A stretch of 64,000 nucleotides of DNA from the human T2T-CHM13v2.0 reference genome, Homo sapiens, in NCBI RefSeq assembly GCF_009914755.1, contig NC_060940.1; one strand, written 5' to 3'. A program made the position numbers and the translations under genes. The notes under the pieces were generated by a model. The model worked only from the letters and a program-made list of their open reading frames with translations. It was not told the origin of the DNA and did no database searches. This document shows, in pieces, positions 16,210 through 31,995 of this stretch (positions are counted from its first letter, which is position 1; each line of letters begins with the position of its first letter).

Positions 16210-17011
16210 TGGTGGGTGCAATAGTGTGTCCCCTCCACCCCACAACAGCGTTCATATCTACCTACAACTTCAGAAAGGTGCCCATATTTAGACAAAGAGT
16301 CTTTGCAGATGTAAGCAGTTAAGGACTTCAAGATGCAGTCATCCTGGATTTCAGGTGGGCCTAAAGAAAATGTATAGCGAGAACCACAGACAAGAAGGCC
16401 ATGGAAAGACAGAGGCAGAGGTTGGAGTGATGCTGTTGCAAGCCGAGGAACACCAGGGCCACCAGAAGCCGGAATAGATGAGGAAGGATTCTCCTCCCAA
16501 AGCCTGCAGAGGGAGCAAGGTGTCAACTGCTGATACCTTGATTTTGGACTTCTAGCCTCCAGAGCAGCGAGAGAATACTGATATGATTTGGCTGTGTCCC
16601 CACCCAAATCTCATCTTGAATTGTAGCTCCCATAATCCCCACATGTTGTGGGAGGGAACTGGTGGGAGATAATTGAATCATGGGGCTGGTTTCCCCCTAC
16701 TGTTCTTGTGGTAGTAAATAAGTCTCATGAGATCTGATGATTTTATAAAGGGTTTCCCCTTTCACTTCGATCTCATTTGCTCTTGTCTGCCACCATGTGA
16801 GACATCCCTTTGCTCTTCCTTCATCTTCCTCCATAATTGTGAGGCCTCCCCAGCCATGTGAAACTGTGAATCCATTAAACCTCTTTCCTTTATAAATTAC
16901 CCAGTCTTGGGTATTTTTTATAGCAGCATGAGAACCGACAAATACAAGTACATTTCTATTGTTTTAAATCCCCTAAACTGTGGTTGTTATAGGAGCTCTG
17001 GCAAATGATAT
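16210..17011 (+). mobile_element. MLT1B/C MaLR LTR, split by THE1
   Basis: gtctttgcagatgta...gacagaggcagag.ttggagtgatgc...ttggacttctagcctccaga; resumes catttctattgttttaa after THE1. Confidence 0.85.
16579..16946 (+). mobile_element. THE1 (B/C-like) MaLR solo LTR
   Basis: tgatatgatttggctgtgtccccacccaaatctcatcttgaattgta...aataca; TSD aatac/agtac. Confidence 0.93.
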
Positions 17012-18209
17012 AGGAGGGCTTTTTACCAACCAGGATTTCCATATTTAACAACTCACACAGCAGAATTGCAGCATATCAGTGCAGACTTGGTCTAATCTCT
17101 TTGTATTCCAGGTGAGAAACAGAACCACAGAATTAACCATGGGTTGCAGATGGAGTTAGATCTAAAAGCCAGGACTTCTGCTACTCCGTTCCACATTCTT
17201 TTCCCTTTATTCCCTGCCTGAGGGAAAGGAACTGAGAAGGAGGGAGGGGGCATATGTTCCTGCTCTGTCCCAGCTCTTCTCCCAGCTCCCTTCTCTCCTG
17301 CCTACCCCTCTAGGCTGCTAGTTTGTGCTTCTCCAGTCACCTTAGGCCACCCTGCCTTGTCTGGCTGCTAGAACCTTTGTCAAAACCCATATTTAGTTGC
17401 TGCAGGCTCCTTGCCTAGTGTCTCTGAAGTTAACGATGGAATCTTTGAAAATGACATTAGAAGCAAAACATAAGCAGCAGAAGACATGAAACTACCTCAA
17501 GCCCATCTGTTCAAGCACGATCCACCTCAGAGCTCCCATTTCCCATGTAAAACAGAAGATATGATTTATAATTTATATCTCACAGGTACAATCCTGATTG
17601 AAGCAAACCACTTTGATGAAATGTTGGTTTCATGCTAGTGGAACACCATTCCAAATCAGAGAATATTTAGAACTCTAACTCCTCTGCTGCTGCTTTGAAG
17701 TAGAAAAATTTGTATTTTATGTGCTTTTCTGGGAAAAAAAATGTACACTTCAACAGGCATGTGGTGAAAATATGAAAGCATTTAAGTGTGAATCAGCACC
17801 AAAATGTAATTAGTACACTAAGCACTGAAAATATTTATAGACTCATATCTCGTGTTGAAGACATGGTTCCAATAATTCTCAGAAAATTGCAAAATTCGGA
17901 CTTTGTTTTCTTGGAACTAACTTAATTTATTTGAAATCTACAACATATGAAGAACAAAATCAAACATTACCAACTTTTCATCCCTTCAACTAATGGTCTA
18001 ATAAAGTTGTTGTGAGTATGTGCTGTGTGTGTATGTATGCATATGCCTTTGATTGGTTGAGAAAGAAAGAGATGGAGAGAGAAATAGAGAGCAAATAAAT
18101 TGGGTTTTGGAAGACAGTTCCTCCCATTTTTATGGGAATGACAAAATATCTATTACAATATGACCAAAACACCAATCAAGTTAAATCTCTTGATTGTTTC
18201 CTTCAGTGA

Positions 18210-20010
<1,801 letters not shown>

Positions 20011-20019
20011 TGCGATGGG

Positions 20020-20340
20020 TCCCAGGCTGCTGGTAGGTGTGGCCATGTGACTTGTTTCAGCCAATGAAGTGTGAGCAGAAGTGACGTGAGAATTCCAGGC
20101 GGAAGCTTTAAGAGTCGGTGAGTGAATGATTCACATCGCTCTCTTACGCCATTTGTCATTGTTCCCAATGGTGGCTACTTTTTCAGTCTGGGTCCCCTGT
20201 GCAGGGGAGACCTGGAACAGAGTCCCAGCTGGCCCACTGGACATGTAGCATGAGTCAGAAATAAACTTCTCACATCGTTAGTTCCTGAGATTGTGTGAGT
20301 GTTTGTTTCTGCAGTGTAAGCTAGCCGATCCTGCCCAAAC
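20020..20340 (+). mobile_element. MLT1I/J-like LTR
   Basis: ggccatgtgact...gccaatgaagtgtgagcagaagtgacgtg...gacatgtagcatgag...aaataaactt. Confidence 0.75.
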
Positions 20341-21000
20341 AAGAAATAAAATGAACGTAATTGGGGGCAGTTAGAATGGAAATGACAGTTATTCTGAGAG
20401 CTCTCCAGTGCTTATTTTTAGATTGTTTTCAAGCACAACTCAGCACTCCAAGCAAGCCCCTTGCTCCTTGTCCCCTCCAAATTCAGTCTGATGTGATTCA
20501 GTGTGACACAAAGGAAAGTGAATCTATCTTCAGCAAATGTGGCCTTTAATGGTAGCAAAGTGCTTTGAAGATGAAAAGTTCTCTGCAAGTGCTAAGCATT
20601 ATTATTCTGTATCAGATGTCAGTATGCACTTAAAAAAAGATTCAATTAAAGTGCCTTGCCATTGTTTTATGATACAAGCATCAGACATTTCCAAAAAGGT
20701 CAAGTCATGACAGGAATATTTAACTCCTAGAAGGAGTAGAAAGTAATTGGAGTGAGCTGGAGGATGATCCAGGACGGAACGATAGGGTGTTCACTTAGCA
20801 GTAGGATTTGTGGGCAAGGGTGACCACAAGAGAACAATGGAGTTAGCGTGCTTATTTAAAGCACCCAAGAGTGTAGACCCTTTGTGGGGGACTGGTTGAA
20901 AGGTGCAGAGGCCCCCGTGTCTGTGTATGAACAGGTGAGACTGAGACAACCCACTGTGGAAACAAAGAAGCATGGATGAAGACAGACAGCCTCCCACTCC

Positions 21001-21047
21001 AACACACACACATATGCACATGCACACACACACACACACACACACAT
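21001..21047 (+). repeat. (CA)n microsatellite, interrupted
   Basis: Direct reading. Confidence 0.9.
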
Positions 21048-23089
21048 ACCCTTGGTTGCTGATGTTTCATATGCACCAGTATCTCAGATAAAAGAGTCTA
21101 GAGCTGGGCTGGAAGATAGCAAGCTATCCAAGTCAGCCCCATCACCCTCATTTTATGTTTGTTATTGAACTTTTGTAGTCATTCGGTGCTGGACATGTCT
21201 ACTACAAAAGAGGAAGAAGATGAGGAGGAAAAGGACAATATGGAGAAGGGAGAGAAGGCATGCTGGGTACTATCTGGTGGCTGGGATAGGGACAACAGGC
21301 AAATGTCCTGAGGTGTCATGTAAGTAATCCAGCCCTAGGCTTTCACCATTAGAGGGTGTCGGGGGAAAACTTGCAATTTCAGTCATGCTACTACTTAGAC
21401 ACACAAAGGAAACGTAGCTCTTGTATTTTCTGTAAGTGATCTTACCATCTACACATGCCTCTTGCCAGTGGCAGTGTGTGTTGGGTGATGGGTTCAGAAG
21501 TGGATATTTTAAGCTTGTTCATTAAAGATGACTCAGTTTCTTCAGTTGGAACCATCTCCTCCTAGTTAAAATTGTCCTTTGCAGTCCTTGTGTTTATGAC
21601 AGTGAGAGAGGAGACCTCTCATCCACACTGTGCCTTCTAACTGCTCCCTGGAGCCTGCTGGAGAGTGGTTGCTCCACTTTGCTCCCAAGGTTTACCCTAC
21701 CTGGATATTCCAGGTGATGCTCTTGCTCACATGGAGACTGTGGCCTTGGCATGTGTTCCCTAGGTGGGCAGTCAGAACACCTGTGGCACGTTGCCTGCTT
21801 CCCCTACAAATTTGTGTCTTTCATTTTCTTCTCCCCTGCTGCCAGGCCAGGAAGTGTCTTCCCACCTCCTCTTCTCATCTGGCTTGGGCTTCTCCTACCC
21901 CATATCATATTCCTTCTCAAGGTGGCATTCACCCTTCATTCACCCTTCATTGGAGCAATAATGGTGGAATGACTGTAGGGAACATGATTTATAGAATGAA
22001 AACCACAAGTATTTAATATCTTTAAAATATTTTCTCCATTACAAGAGGTGCATTCCTTTAGCCTAAGGTTTATTTTGTCTCATAAAATGCAGATATGCTT
22101 AGGAGATGTAAAGCAAAAGGTGTTCTTTCTAAAACACCGTTGGATGATTTAAGTTGGTTGGTGGCTGCATCAACCCTAAGACTGCACAACCCAGGCCCAT
22201 TCATTCATTCCCTAACCATTCATAAACAATCATTCATTGCATTCACCTATATGCCAGCATGGTCCTAGGCACCAGAGATCATAAACTACTGAGAGGGAGA
22301 GAAAATGATAAGAATAAGTAATTAACGACTGCTGTGAAAAGTGCCGCACTGGAAAAGCCAGGATGCTCTGAGAATGAATGACACAACTAAAGGGATCAGG
22401 GAAGCTACCTGATCAGGTGACAAGTGGCAGGCAAAGACAAAAAGGAGTTAACTGAGAGAAGAGCTATGGAGGTGCAGTGTGCTGGAGAGAAGAGGTTTCA
22501 CAGCCAACAGGGCAGCATGTGCACTGGCCTTGAAGTAGAAAGGAGCTCCGAGGGTCCTTTTCAAGGTGACCTCTAAAAGGGAATGGAGGGAGGATCCTGG
22601 AGGAGAGAGGAAGGGAAGGGCACAGGGAAAGAAGGAGTTGAACCAGGCCAGGGCGATGGCAATCAAAAGTCACCTTGAGAAATTGATGAGTAAAATCACG
22701 AGCCACTTTTGCAAAGCTCATTGTAGAAACCCCACAGATATTTAAGCCTCATGCTCACCATTTCCAAATAGAATTTTTATCTCATGCTGCTTCCACCAAT
22801 TCCACTTGTTTTCCATGTTCTCTCCTGACTTTCTGGAGGAGGACTGGCTTGAAGGAACCCTCACCTCTGCAGGGATCTAGCGCCTGCTGTGTGAACCAGT
22901 TGCAGGGCGAGATGCAGGACAGGGAACTAGCCATGGTCCTTACCTTCCAGGAGCCCTGTTCTGGCAGATCACAGCAATGGGAACTGTCAAGGCTTCAACC
23001 CTCCTGCCAATATCCTGGTCACCCTTCTTCTGGGGACACAAATCCCAAACTTCAGAGGCTTTTTTGTGCTCCTTCTTCCTTAATCCCCA

Positions 23090-24430
23090 TGGCTAATCTG
23101 CTACCAAGTTCTCCAAGCCTACCTGCAAAATATTCTAGGGTTTATCTACTTCTCTTCAGCCTCCTTGTTTCAACTCTTATCAAAGTAACTCTTCAACTTG
23201 TAATTCAAAGTAATTCTTCAACTTGGTAACTGTAATCACTTCTTCACTGGTGACCTCAAATTCACTCCGATTCCCCCTTCATGAGGGCAGCCAGAGTGAT
23301 TTCTTCCAATAGCAAATGTGATTATGCCATTCTCTACTCACTTCTGAGATTTCCTTGCTCTTAGGAGAAGGAAAAGATGGTCTTGGCCCCAGCCCACAAG
23401 GCATTCGTTGTAAGATCCAGCCATTCATTGTGAGATCCAGCCATTCATTGCCCACCACTCCAGCCCTCATGCTCCCACCAGGCTTGGCCTCGCTCTCCAC
23501 CTTCTCACCACACTGGCCTTTGCAGAGCTCCTTGAAGGGGCTGAGCTCCCACCTGCCTAACACCCAGACCTGCACTCCACCGTCCCTTCCTCAGGGCAAA
23601 GTCCCAGAATGCCAGACCACATCAGTTCTCCCTATCATCCCCCCATCATCCTTCCAAGGAGTGGTCTTATTTTTATGTGTTTATTTGATTAACGGCTAAC
23701 TAATCCTACTTGATTTAGAGCTCTTTGAGAGCAAAGGTGATTCTCATCTCTGTGCATGTCTATGGCACAGGGATGAGAACACTGTCTGGCACAGAGTGGC
23801 TGCTGCAATGAATATAAGTTGAATAAAAGAACAAATGACTGCAATGGAAATGAGTGAAGAATCTGTCCACCTTCCCAGCTTTCTTGTACAGGAAGACTTT
23901 ACAATGACCTGAAAGGCCCGACATGGTATACACCCCTTCCCCAAGTCCCCCTTTCTCTGGCGTCTGATCGACTTCTCTCTCTAGCACACTTGACTCTGGC
24001 TTCACTGGTGTTCTCGCTCTTCTGCAGCAGGCCAAATATGTTCCAGCCTCAGGGCCCTTGCACTTGCTGCTTCTGGTGCCAGGAATTCTCTTCTTCCAAA
24101 TATCCATCCACATGACTGACTCTCTCCCCTCCTTCAGGACTCTGTTCATATCATTCTTCCCAGTGAGGTCTTCTCTGATCTCCCTACATAAATCCATCAT
24201 TTTCAAAACCCCTACCCGATTTATTTTTCCTGATAGTCCTTATCACCTTGGGCATATTACCTTATTTATATGTGTATCATCTATCTCCCTCCACCACCAT
24301 GAGAATATGAGCTCCTTAAATGCAAGAATTTTGCTTGTTTTATACTCTGCTGCATCCTCAATCCTCATTACAGTTCCTGGCATAGTAAACCCTCAATATA
24401 TGTCAGTGGACAGGTGAATTAATAAATGAA
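23090..24430 (+). mobile_element. Two L2 3' fragments
   Basis: gcagccagagtgat...; cctcagggcccttgcacttgctg...; gttcctggcatagta...tgaattaataaatgaa. Confidence 0.7.
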
Positions 24431-24579
24431 TCTTGAGCCTAGAAATGACCTGGGCCTTGTTCTTGGAGATCCCTTCCCTCTTGACCTTGTGGCACAAAAC
24501 AAAACAAAACAAAACAAAACCCTTCTATTCCAACCAAGTCCTCATTTATGCAGCCCCCAAATTCCCAGCTACAAATTAA

Positions 24580-24790
24580 TGACAACAGCAATAACCACTA
24601 TTAAATGTTAACTATATGCCAAATATTCTGCTAAGTGTCATATACATGTATAATCCTTATAGTATCACTATGAGAAAGGAAGTTACAATCTCCATTTAAC
24701 AGATAAAGAAAATTATCATCAGGGAGGTTAAGTGACTTGTCCAATGTCACACAGCTAGTAAGTGGCTAAGCTAGCCTTTGAACACAACCA
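24580..24790 (-). mobile_element. MIR
   Basis: tctccatttaacagataaagaaa...gaggttaagtgacttgtccaatgtcacacagctagtaagtggc. Confidence 0.85.
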
Positions 24791-24804
24791 CTTTGTCTAT
24801 AGAG

Positions 24805-24960
24805 CAGGAACGGGCAAACCGGCTTGCAGACCAGCTCCAGCTCACTACATGTTTTTGTATAGCCTGCAAACTATGAATGGTTTTTACATTTTTAAATGGT
24901 TGGAAAACAATATGCAACATGGACTATATATGGTCCACAAAGCCTAAAATGCTTACTATA
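24805..24960. mobile_element. MER58 (C-like) hAT-Charlie
   Basis: ggcaaac...tgtttttgtatagcc...gaatggtttttacatttttaaatggtt...ccacaaagcctaaaat. Confidence 0.75.
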
Positions 24961-26259
24961 ATAAATATATCAAATGAAGAAATTCCTGGGCACCCCCTGT
25001 GTGTACACAAGAGGTACAGAAAAAGAGATGTATATTTAAATGCCATTTTGGGGGCTTCTCTTATACTCTCAGGAGCAGCTAAGCACCTTCATGGATGTTA
25101 CTCATTAAGTCACCTTACAACCTCCACCACAGAGGCCCAGAGATTAAGTGATGTGGCCAAGGCTATATTTTAAGAGACAGAACTGGGAGTACAATCACAG
25201 ACTTACAGGGTTGGAAAGGCTTCTAATGCTTATTTATCCCAAGCTCCCCATTTTATGGATTCGAAAAGGAAAGTATCTGAGTCAGGGGCATCTGGGGTTA
25301 ATGCCACAGCACCTCTCCAATCCCTTGACCTGGGGTTTACCCTCCACTAGGTTGGCCCTTTGCTCCCATCATTTCCAATATCCTTCGGCATCTCTATGAG
25401 CCCCAGCATCCAGCCTGCTTCCTCTCCCCCTCCTGACCTTCCTCCGCACCCACCACTGCTGTGCCTGCGAGGACGACTCGAACTACAAATTAAGTGAAGG
25501 GGAAAACTGAATTGATATGATCTGAGCAAGAGAAGCACAAAGGCACCAATTTCCTCTCCACATTATACAGGAAGATCTGGGCCGCGTGGGGAGCCGGTGC
25601 AGTGCCTTTTGATGTTTGCCTTCCTGCAAGTAACAAGCAGGAGGACATGAGAAGGCTTCACCTCCTCCATGCAAACTCACAACAGCAGGTTTCCAATCAC
25701 GGTAGAAACAAATCCAGAGATGAAAAACAAAGAAAAGAAACGAAGAAGGAAGAGAAAGAGATGATTGTTGTTTAGAGAGCTTTCAGGACAAGGAGACCCT
25801 TTAAAACTAACTACAGGACATGTTAAAGAGCTTACAAACACCCCCAACGCAGCCCTGGGCTGAGCTTCTAAAGGGTATAGCAAAGGGAGACTCTGAGCTT
25901 GAGTCAGGACACCCCCGTGGCTAAAGCTAGACCTATTCAGGAAGGGGACATCAAGGGTTTTCACAGATGCAAAGTCCTCCTCTCCGCATCTGAGCTGGCA
26001 TTTCTGAAAGCCAGAGCCAGGATACTGCCACTGTGGGGTGGAGATTCCAGCTCAAAAGTCTTTTTCACCAGCAGGAGCAAGAGGTCTGGAAATATCCCCT
26101 ACCCAACTCAGGTATTTGTGGTTCAATGTGTGGCACGTGCCAATGCTGTGTCAACAGCCCAGTAATGGGCATGCAAGAAGTTATGGTGGCATTTAGGCCC
26201 TAAGGGAAGAACTAGTTGATCAGTCTCTCTCTATATATCTCTCCCTCAATTCTCCCACA

Positions 26260-26577
26260 TTTTTTTTTTTTGTAACAGGGTCTCACTCTGTTGCCCAGGC
26301 TGGAGTGCAGTGGCGTGATCACAACTCATGACTCACTGCAGCTTTGACCTCCTGGGCTCAAGCTGTCTGCTCACTTCAGCCTCCCGAATAGCTGGGACTA
26401 CAGGTGCTCACCACCAGACCCGGTTAAATTTTGTTTTTGTTTTTGTTTTTGTTTTTGTTTAGAGATGGGGTTTCACCATGTTGCTCAGGCTGGCCTCAAA
26501 CTCCTGAACTCAAGTGATCCACCTGCCTCAGTCTCCCAAAATGTTGGGATTACAGGTGTGCGCCACCACGTCTGGCC
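26260..26577 (-). mobile_element. AluJ with middle linker expanded to (TTTTTG)n
   Basis: Full dimer. Confidence 0.92.
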
Positions 26578-26929
26578 TCCACCTAAACTTTTTATTGCAG
26601 TGAACTAGGGGGCTAATATGTAGCATCCTGAGATTTCTGTCTAAATCACCTTGGGCTTATTCTGTTGTAGCAGTAGTTCTGGAACATTCAAAGGTAACAA
26701 CTAAGATGAAAGCTCTTGTGTCTTTGGTGTCTTCGCAATGTCTTTCTGTCTTCACTCACTATATTAGCCATCAAAAAATATTTAAGAACCATCAAAGAAA
26801 TATACGCAGACAAGAAATAGAAAAAAATAGCTTTTTTTCCTTCATGAGAGGGGAATTAAGTAAGATGCATTAGGTCCTTCTTTTTGTTGAATCCTGTATG
26901 ACATGATTTTTAAAAATCTTACCATCCCA

Positions 26930-27070
26930 ATAACTCTATCAGCATTATTTTACAGATGGAGGAACTAAGACTCAGAGAAGTTAGTGGACTTGTCAAAGGA
27001 CGATGTGCTATGAAGTGACAGAACCAAACATCCAGCCCAGGGCTGACTGATTTTAAAGTCTGAGCTCTTC
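26930..27070 (-). mobile_element. MIR
   Basis: ttttacagatggaggaactaagactcagagaagtt. Confidence 0.8.
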
Positions 27071-27539
27071 CAGATAATACCCAATGGTGTCCACCTTAAA
27101 ACAGCCACCCGGCCCCCTCACCAGCAGTCTGTGCATTTGGGTAAGCAGGGTCCTGTTGAGCCTGGCCGTTCCTTGAAAATATCAAAGTAACTTGGACTTG
27201 GTGCCTGCCTGGACTTATACTTGTCGGTGTTGTCTTCTCTGCCATTAGTGACAGAAAGTCAGAAGGTGCAGGGCTCTACTGTAGACACAGAATAATATGA
27301 GCATGCTCTGTAATATGAGCATGCTCTGTGTTCAGGTTTATTCCCCCAGCCTGACAATTACTCTCAACTCTCCAGACCTGTATTTCCACGTGCCCACTCA
27401 ACAGCTTGGCTTGAATGGCCAATAGACATCTCTGACCCAACGTGGCCAATCTGCAGTCTTGACACTTCTTCCTTCTTCCAATAAATGGCACTGCCCCTCT
27501 TCTAGCTGATCCAGCCAAAAGCTCTAGCACTAGCTCTTT

Positions 27540-28030
27540 GAGGTTGAGTTCTTCCAGAAGCAGACCCTGGGCCAGGCTTTGAGTGTGAATAGTCTGTTTG
27601 GAAAATGCTCTCAGGAAGTAGTGAGAGGAAGTGGGAAAGCGAGATGGAAAAGAAATGCACCCCATGAAGGGTGTGTTGTCAAGCAAGTTATCGATATGAA
27701 CTACTGGAGCTTCATCCTGCTGGGGACTTTAGGAGCCAGGGCAGAGCACAAGCCTCAGAGTTACGTCCCTCCCCTGTGGGGTGACGGAACTGGGCTGCAT
27801 ATACACCATCTCCCATCAGTCATCGGTTGAGGCTGCCCCTGAGGGATCCTCTGGCCTGCTTTGGACACACGGGCAGAGTGGGCTCCAGTGGTCAGAGGAA
27901 GCCCTTAGGCAATAAAATTAATAAATAAAATAAATAAAATAAAATAAAATAAAAATGGACCTCAGGCTGGCCATTAGAAGCGGGGCCTCTAACATGGTGA
28001 AGAGAGGACCTATGGATGTGGCACAACAGT
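27540..28030 (-). mobile_element. ERVL LTR (LTR67B/LTR16-like) inside L2, with (TAAAA)n at ~27911-27955
   Basis: ccagaagcagaccctg...tttgagtgtg..tagt...tttgg; L2-like sequence on both sides. Confidence 0.6.
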
Positions 28031-28824
28031 GGCTGCTGTAGAATCCCTGATTGCCACCACTCCCTCCCCTACCACACAGTCACTCCATTGGCAAAACCTG
28101 TGGGCTCTGCTTGCAAAATAGATTCCATATCTGACCACTTTTCACCACTAATTGCAGAAGAATCTGGTGTAAGTGCCCATCAGTTCTCGCCTGGACTATT
28201 GCTGGAGCACCCTAACTGGTCTCCCTGCCTTCCTCCGTTTTCCCCTATTATCCTTCTGTACTCAGAAGTCAAAAGGATCCTTTTATCCATGATTGTGTTA
28301 TTGCCTGTTTGAAAGCTGCCCTTGCTCCCCTCTTGGTTGGCACCAACCCGCAGTCCTGGGCTTGGCCTGCAGGTCCTGCCAACTCAGCTCCTGCTTCATT
28401 CTCTGATGCCATCTTCTATCACACTCTTCCTTGTTTACCCTGCTCCACCTGCGCTGGCTAATCTTCAAAAGTGCCAAGCACACCCCCACCCTGAGGCCTG
28501 TGCAGGGGCTGCTCCCCTACCTGGCCTGAGCCTCCCTGACATCCCCATGGCCCCTTTCTCACTGCAGCTTTCTCAGTTCCCCCAAGGGGAAGACCACCAG
28601 CCACTCCCACTCTCTTGCCCACGTCATTATTTTTCAGAATGCTGGTTTCCTAAGGAATCCCCCAGTCACTGCCCTTCCTTCTGTACCCTAGGTCTTTAAG
28701 GAGACCAAAATAAGACAAGGAATGAGGACAGGACAGAGCTGCTCACATTCAGTTTATTCCTCCTAGAATCCTTATCAATCAGCCAAGTCACCTCCCTTGG
28801 GGCAGAGCAAGGTAAGGGGAATAG

Positions 28825-29730
<906 letters not shown>

Positions 29731-30678
29731 GCACTCGCTGTTTGTTGTTTATTTCATTTCCTTACTAGAACATAAGCTCCCAAGGGCAGGAGCTTTTCTG
29801 TTTTGTTCAGTTTTGTATTTTCAGCAACAAGAACAGTGCCTCGTATACAGAAGGAGCTCAATAAATACCTATTAAGTGGATGCGTGAATTTGTGAATATA
29901 TGTCGATTGACAGAAATATACCAGGACCACTTCTAAAGAAGGCTTCCCCTGTTCTGTTTTATGGTCTGCTATGTCCCTCATGACTGAAATCATTCGCAGC
30001 ACAAAGTAGATGTTCAATGAATATCTATTGATCAACTCCCATAGCCCCTGTCTGCTCTATTTTAGCAACTGTTCTAGGAAAACTGCTAATATATCTGGCC
30101 TCTGCCTGGCTTCTCTCCACCTCCCTCTCAGGCCTTTGCACAGAGCAGGTCCTCAGCCTGAGAGGACTGCATTACAGTTTCAGGGCCTACTGGGTGGAGG
30201 GACTGCTAGGGCTTAAGGAACAGGAGCAATAGACCCTACTAAGATGGGTGAGGCCTCTGGAAGGCGGTGACAGCCTAAGCTGTTAGGGAGAAGCTTCTGG
30301 GCACAACTGGGTCATTGGAAGCCACTAGGAGAATTTGAGGTCGCCTGGGTGGGACAGGGAGGGGTAAACTTCTGGGACAACATTAGATCCAGAGAATGGG
30401 GAGCCTCTGGAGGAGGGCAGAACAGAGGGGGAAAGGCAATGCTACTAGTGAGTGTTAGGGCCCACTGGGCAGGGGGATGTTTGCAGGGGAATAGTTGGGC
30501 ATCCTGGTAAGCAGAAGCCCATGGGGACTGATGGGCCAATGGGGAGGGGAAAATTATAGGGAAATCTTGGGGCTTTGTTTACAGTGGAGGCTTCTGAGGG
30601 AAGTGCTAAGTTTCAAAGGTATTAAGGTCAGAAAATGTCAGAAAGTAATAAGGGAAAAGAGGAAATTAAACCAAGTCT

Positions 30679-30679
<1 letters not shown>

Positions 30680-30720
<41 letters not shown>

Positions 30721-30750
30721 CCTCTGTCTCTGTCTCTCTTTCTCTCTCTA
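30680..30750 (+). repeat. (TC)n microsatellite
   Basis: Direct reading. Confidence 0.92.
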
Positions 30751-30899
30751 TTGTTCTCTCTCTTACCTTTCTCTGATATTTTTTCCTCTTTGGTGTTGAC
30801 AAATCACTGTCAGTAAGTGACATTCTCCCTTAAGAAACCTATCTGACACAGAGCACAAGGCGTGATGGTTGTTCATGGATCAGCCAGATTGAATTAAGG

Positions 30900-31370
30900 T
30901 TCAATTTCAGGTTAGAATCAGCTGGAAGAGATGAGACCCCCAAAATAGCAGTGGCTTCAGCAAAACAGAGCTTTACTTCTCCCTGGCGGGATCTTCAGGC
31001 TGGTGGCCCAGGTTTGGAGCAGCAATCCTCAGGTGCAGGGACCCTGTGCCTTCTGCCTTGCCACTCAGCATCATCACTGCATTTCTCAAGGTGGCTGCTG
31101 GGGTGCCAGCCTTTATGGGCAGTTCCAGCCTGCAGGAAGGAGGAAAGTGGAAAGAAAGGTGCATCCGCCTAGTAAGGGTGCTCTCCAGAAGTTGCACACA
31201 CCACTTCCACATATGCCCATTGACTAGAATACGGTTAAGTCACATGATCACATTTAACTGCCAAAAAACCTGGGGCAATGTAGTGTTTATTCCAGGCAGC
31301 CAAGGATCCACTTAAAAGCTAAGGGTGTTTCTTATGAAGGAAGAACTGAAAATACATATTAAGGGACAAC
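30900..31370 (-). mobile_element. MLT1J/K-like LTR
   Basis: aaatagcagtggctt...caaggtggctgctg...cccattgactagaa...gtcacatg. Confidence 0.55.
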
Positions 31371-31449
31371 AAGCACATAGATTGAGGGAGCCAACCAGGA
31401 ACATCAGGAGCCTCAGAGAGTCCCTCGAGAGACGAGCTCACATGATGTG

Positions 31450-31775
31450 CTGGTATTTATTGCTACATAACAGCTTACCCCTAAATTTGGCAGCCTGAAA
31501 CAGCAAACATGTTATCTCGTGCAATTTCTGAGGTCAGGGGTCTAGAAGCAGCAGAGCTGGGTGGTGCTTGCTCTCTAGAAAGGCTGCAGTCAAGCTGTCT
31601 GCTGAAGCTGAAGTCATCTTAAGCTCAATTGGGGCTAGAAAATCCACTTCCAAACTGACCTCACAGGGTTGTTGCTGGAGGCTTCAGTTCGTTGTCTTGT
31701 GGGCCTCTCCATTGGGCTGCTCACAACATAGTAGTTTGCTTTCCTCAGAGCAAGAGATCCAAGGAAGAGAAGAAG

Positions 31776-31830
<55 letters not shown>

Positions 31831-31995
31831 TCATCTAAAATGGAAGCCACAGTCTTTTCTAACCCTTCTGAGAAGAGACACGTCCTCTCATCTGCTGTTT
31901 TCTTTTTGGCCACAGAGCCCAATCCTGGCACAATGTGGAGGAGGATATGAATCCCAGGAGGCAGGGATGACTGCAGGCATCTTGGAGGCTGACTA
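31450..31995 (-). mobile_element. MLT1F-like LTR containing (GA)n at ~31783-31828
   Basis: tattgctacataaca...aaatttggcagc...ggctgcagtcaag...tccacttccaa...catcttggaggctg. Confidence 0.7.
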
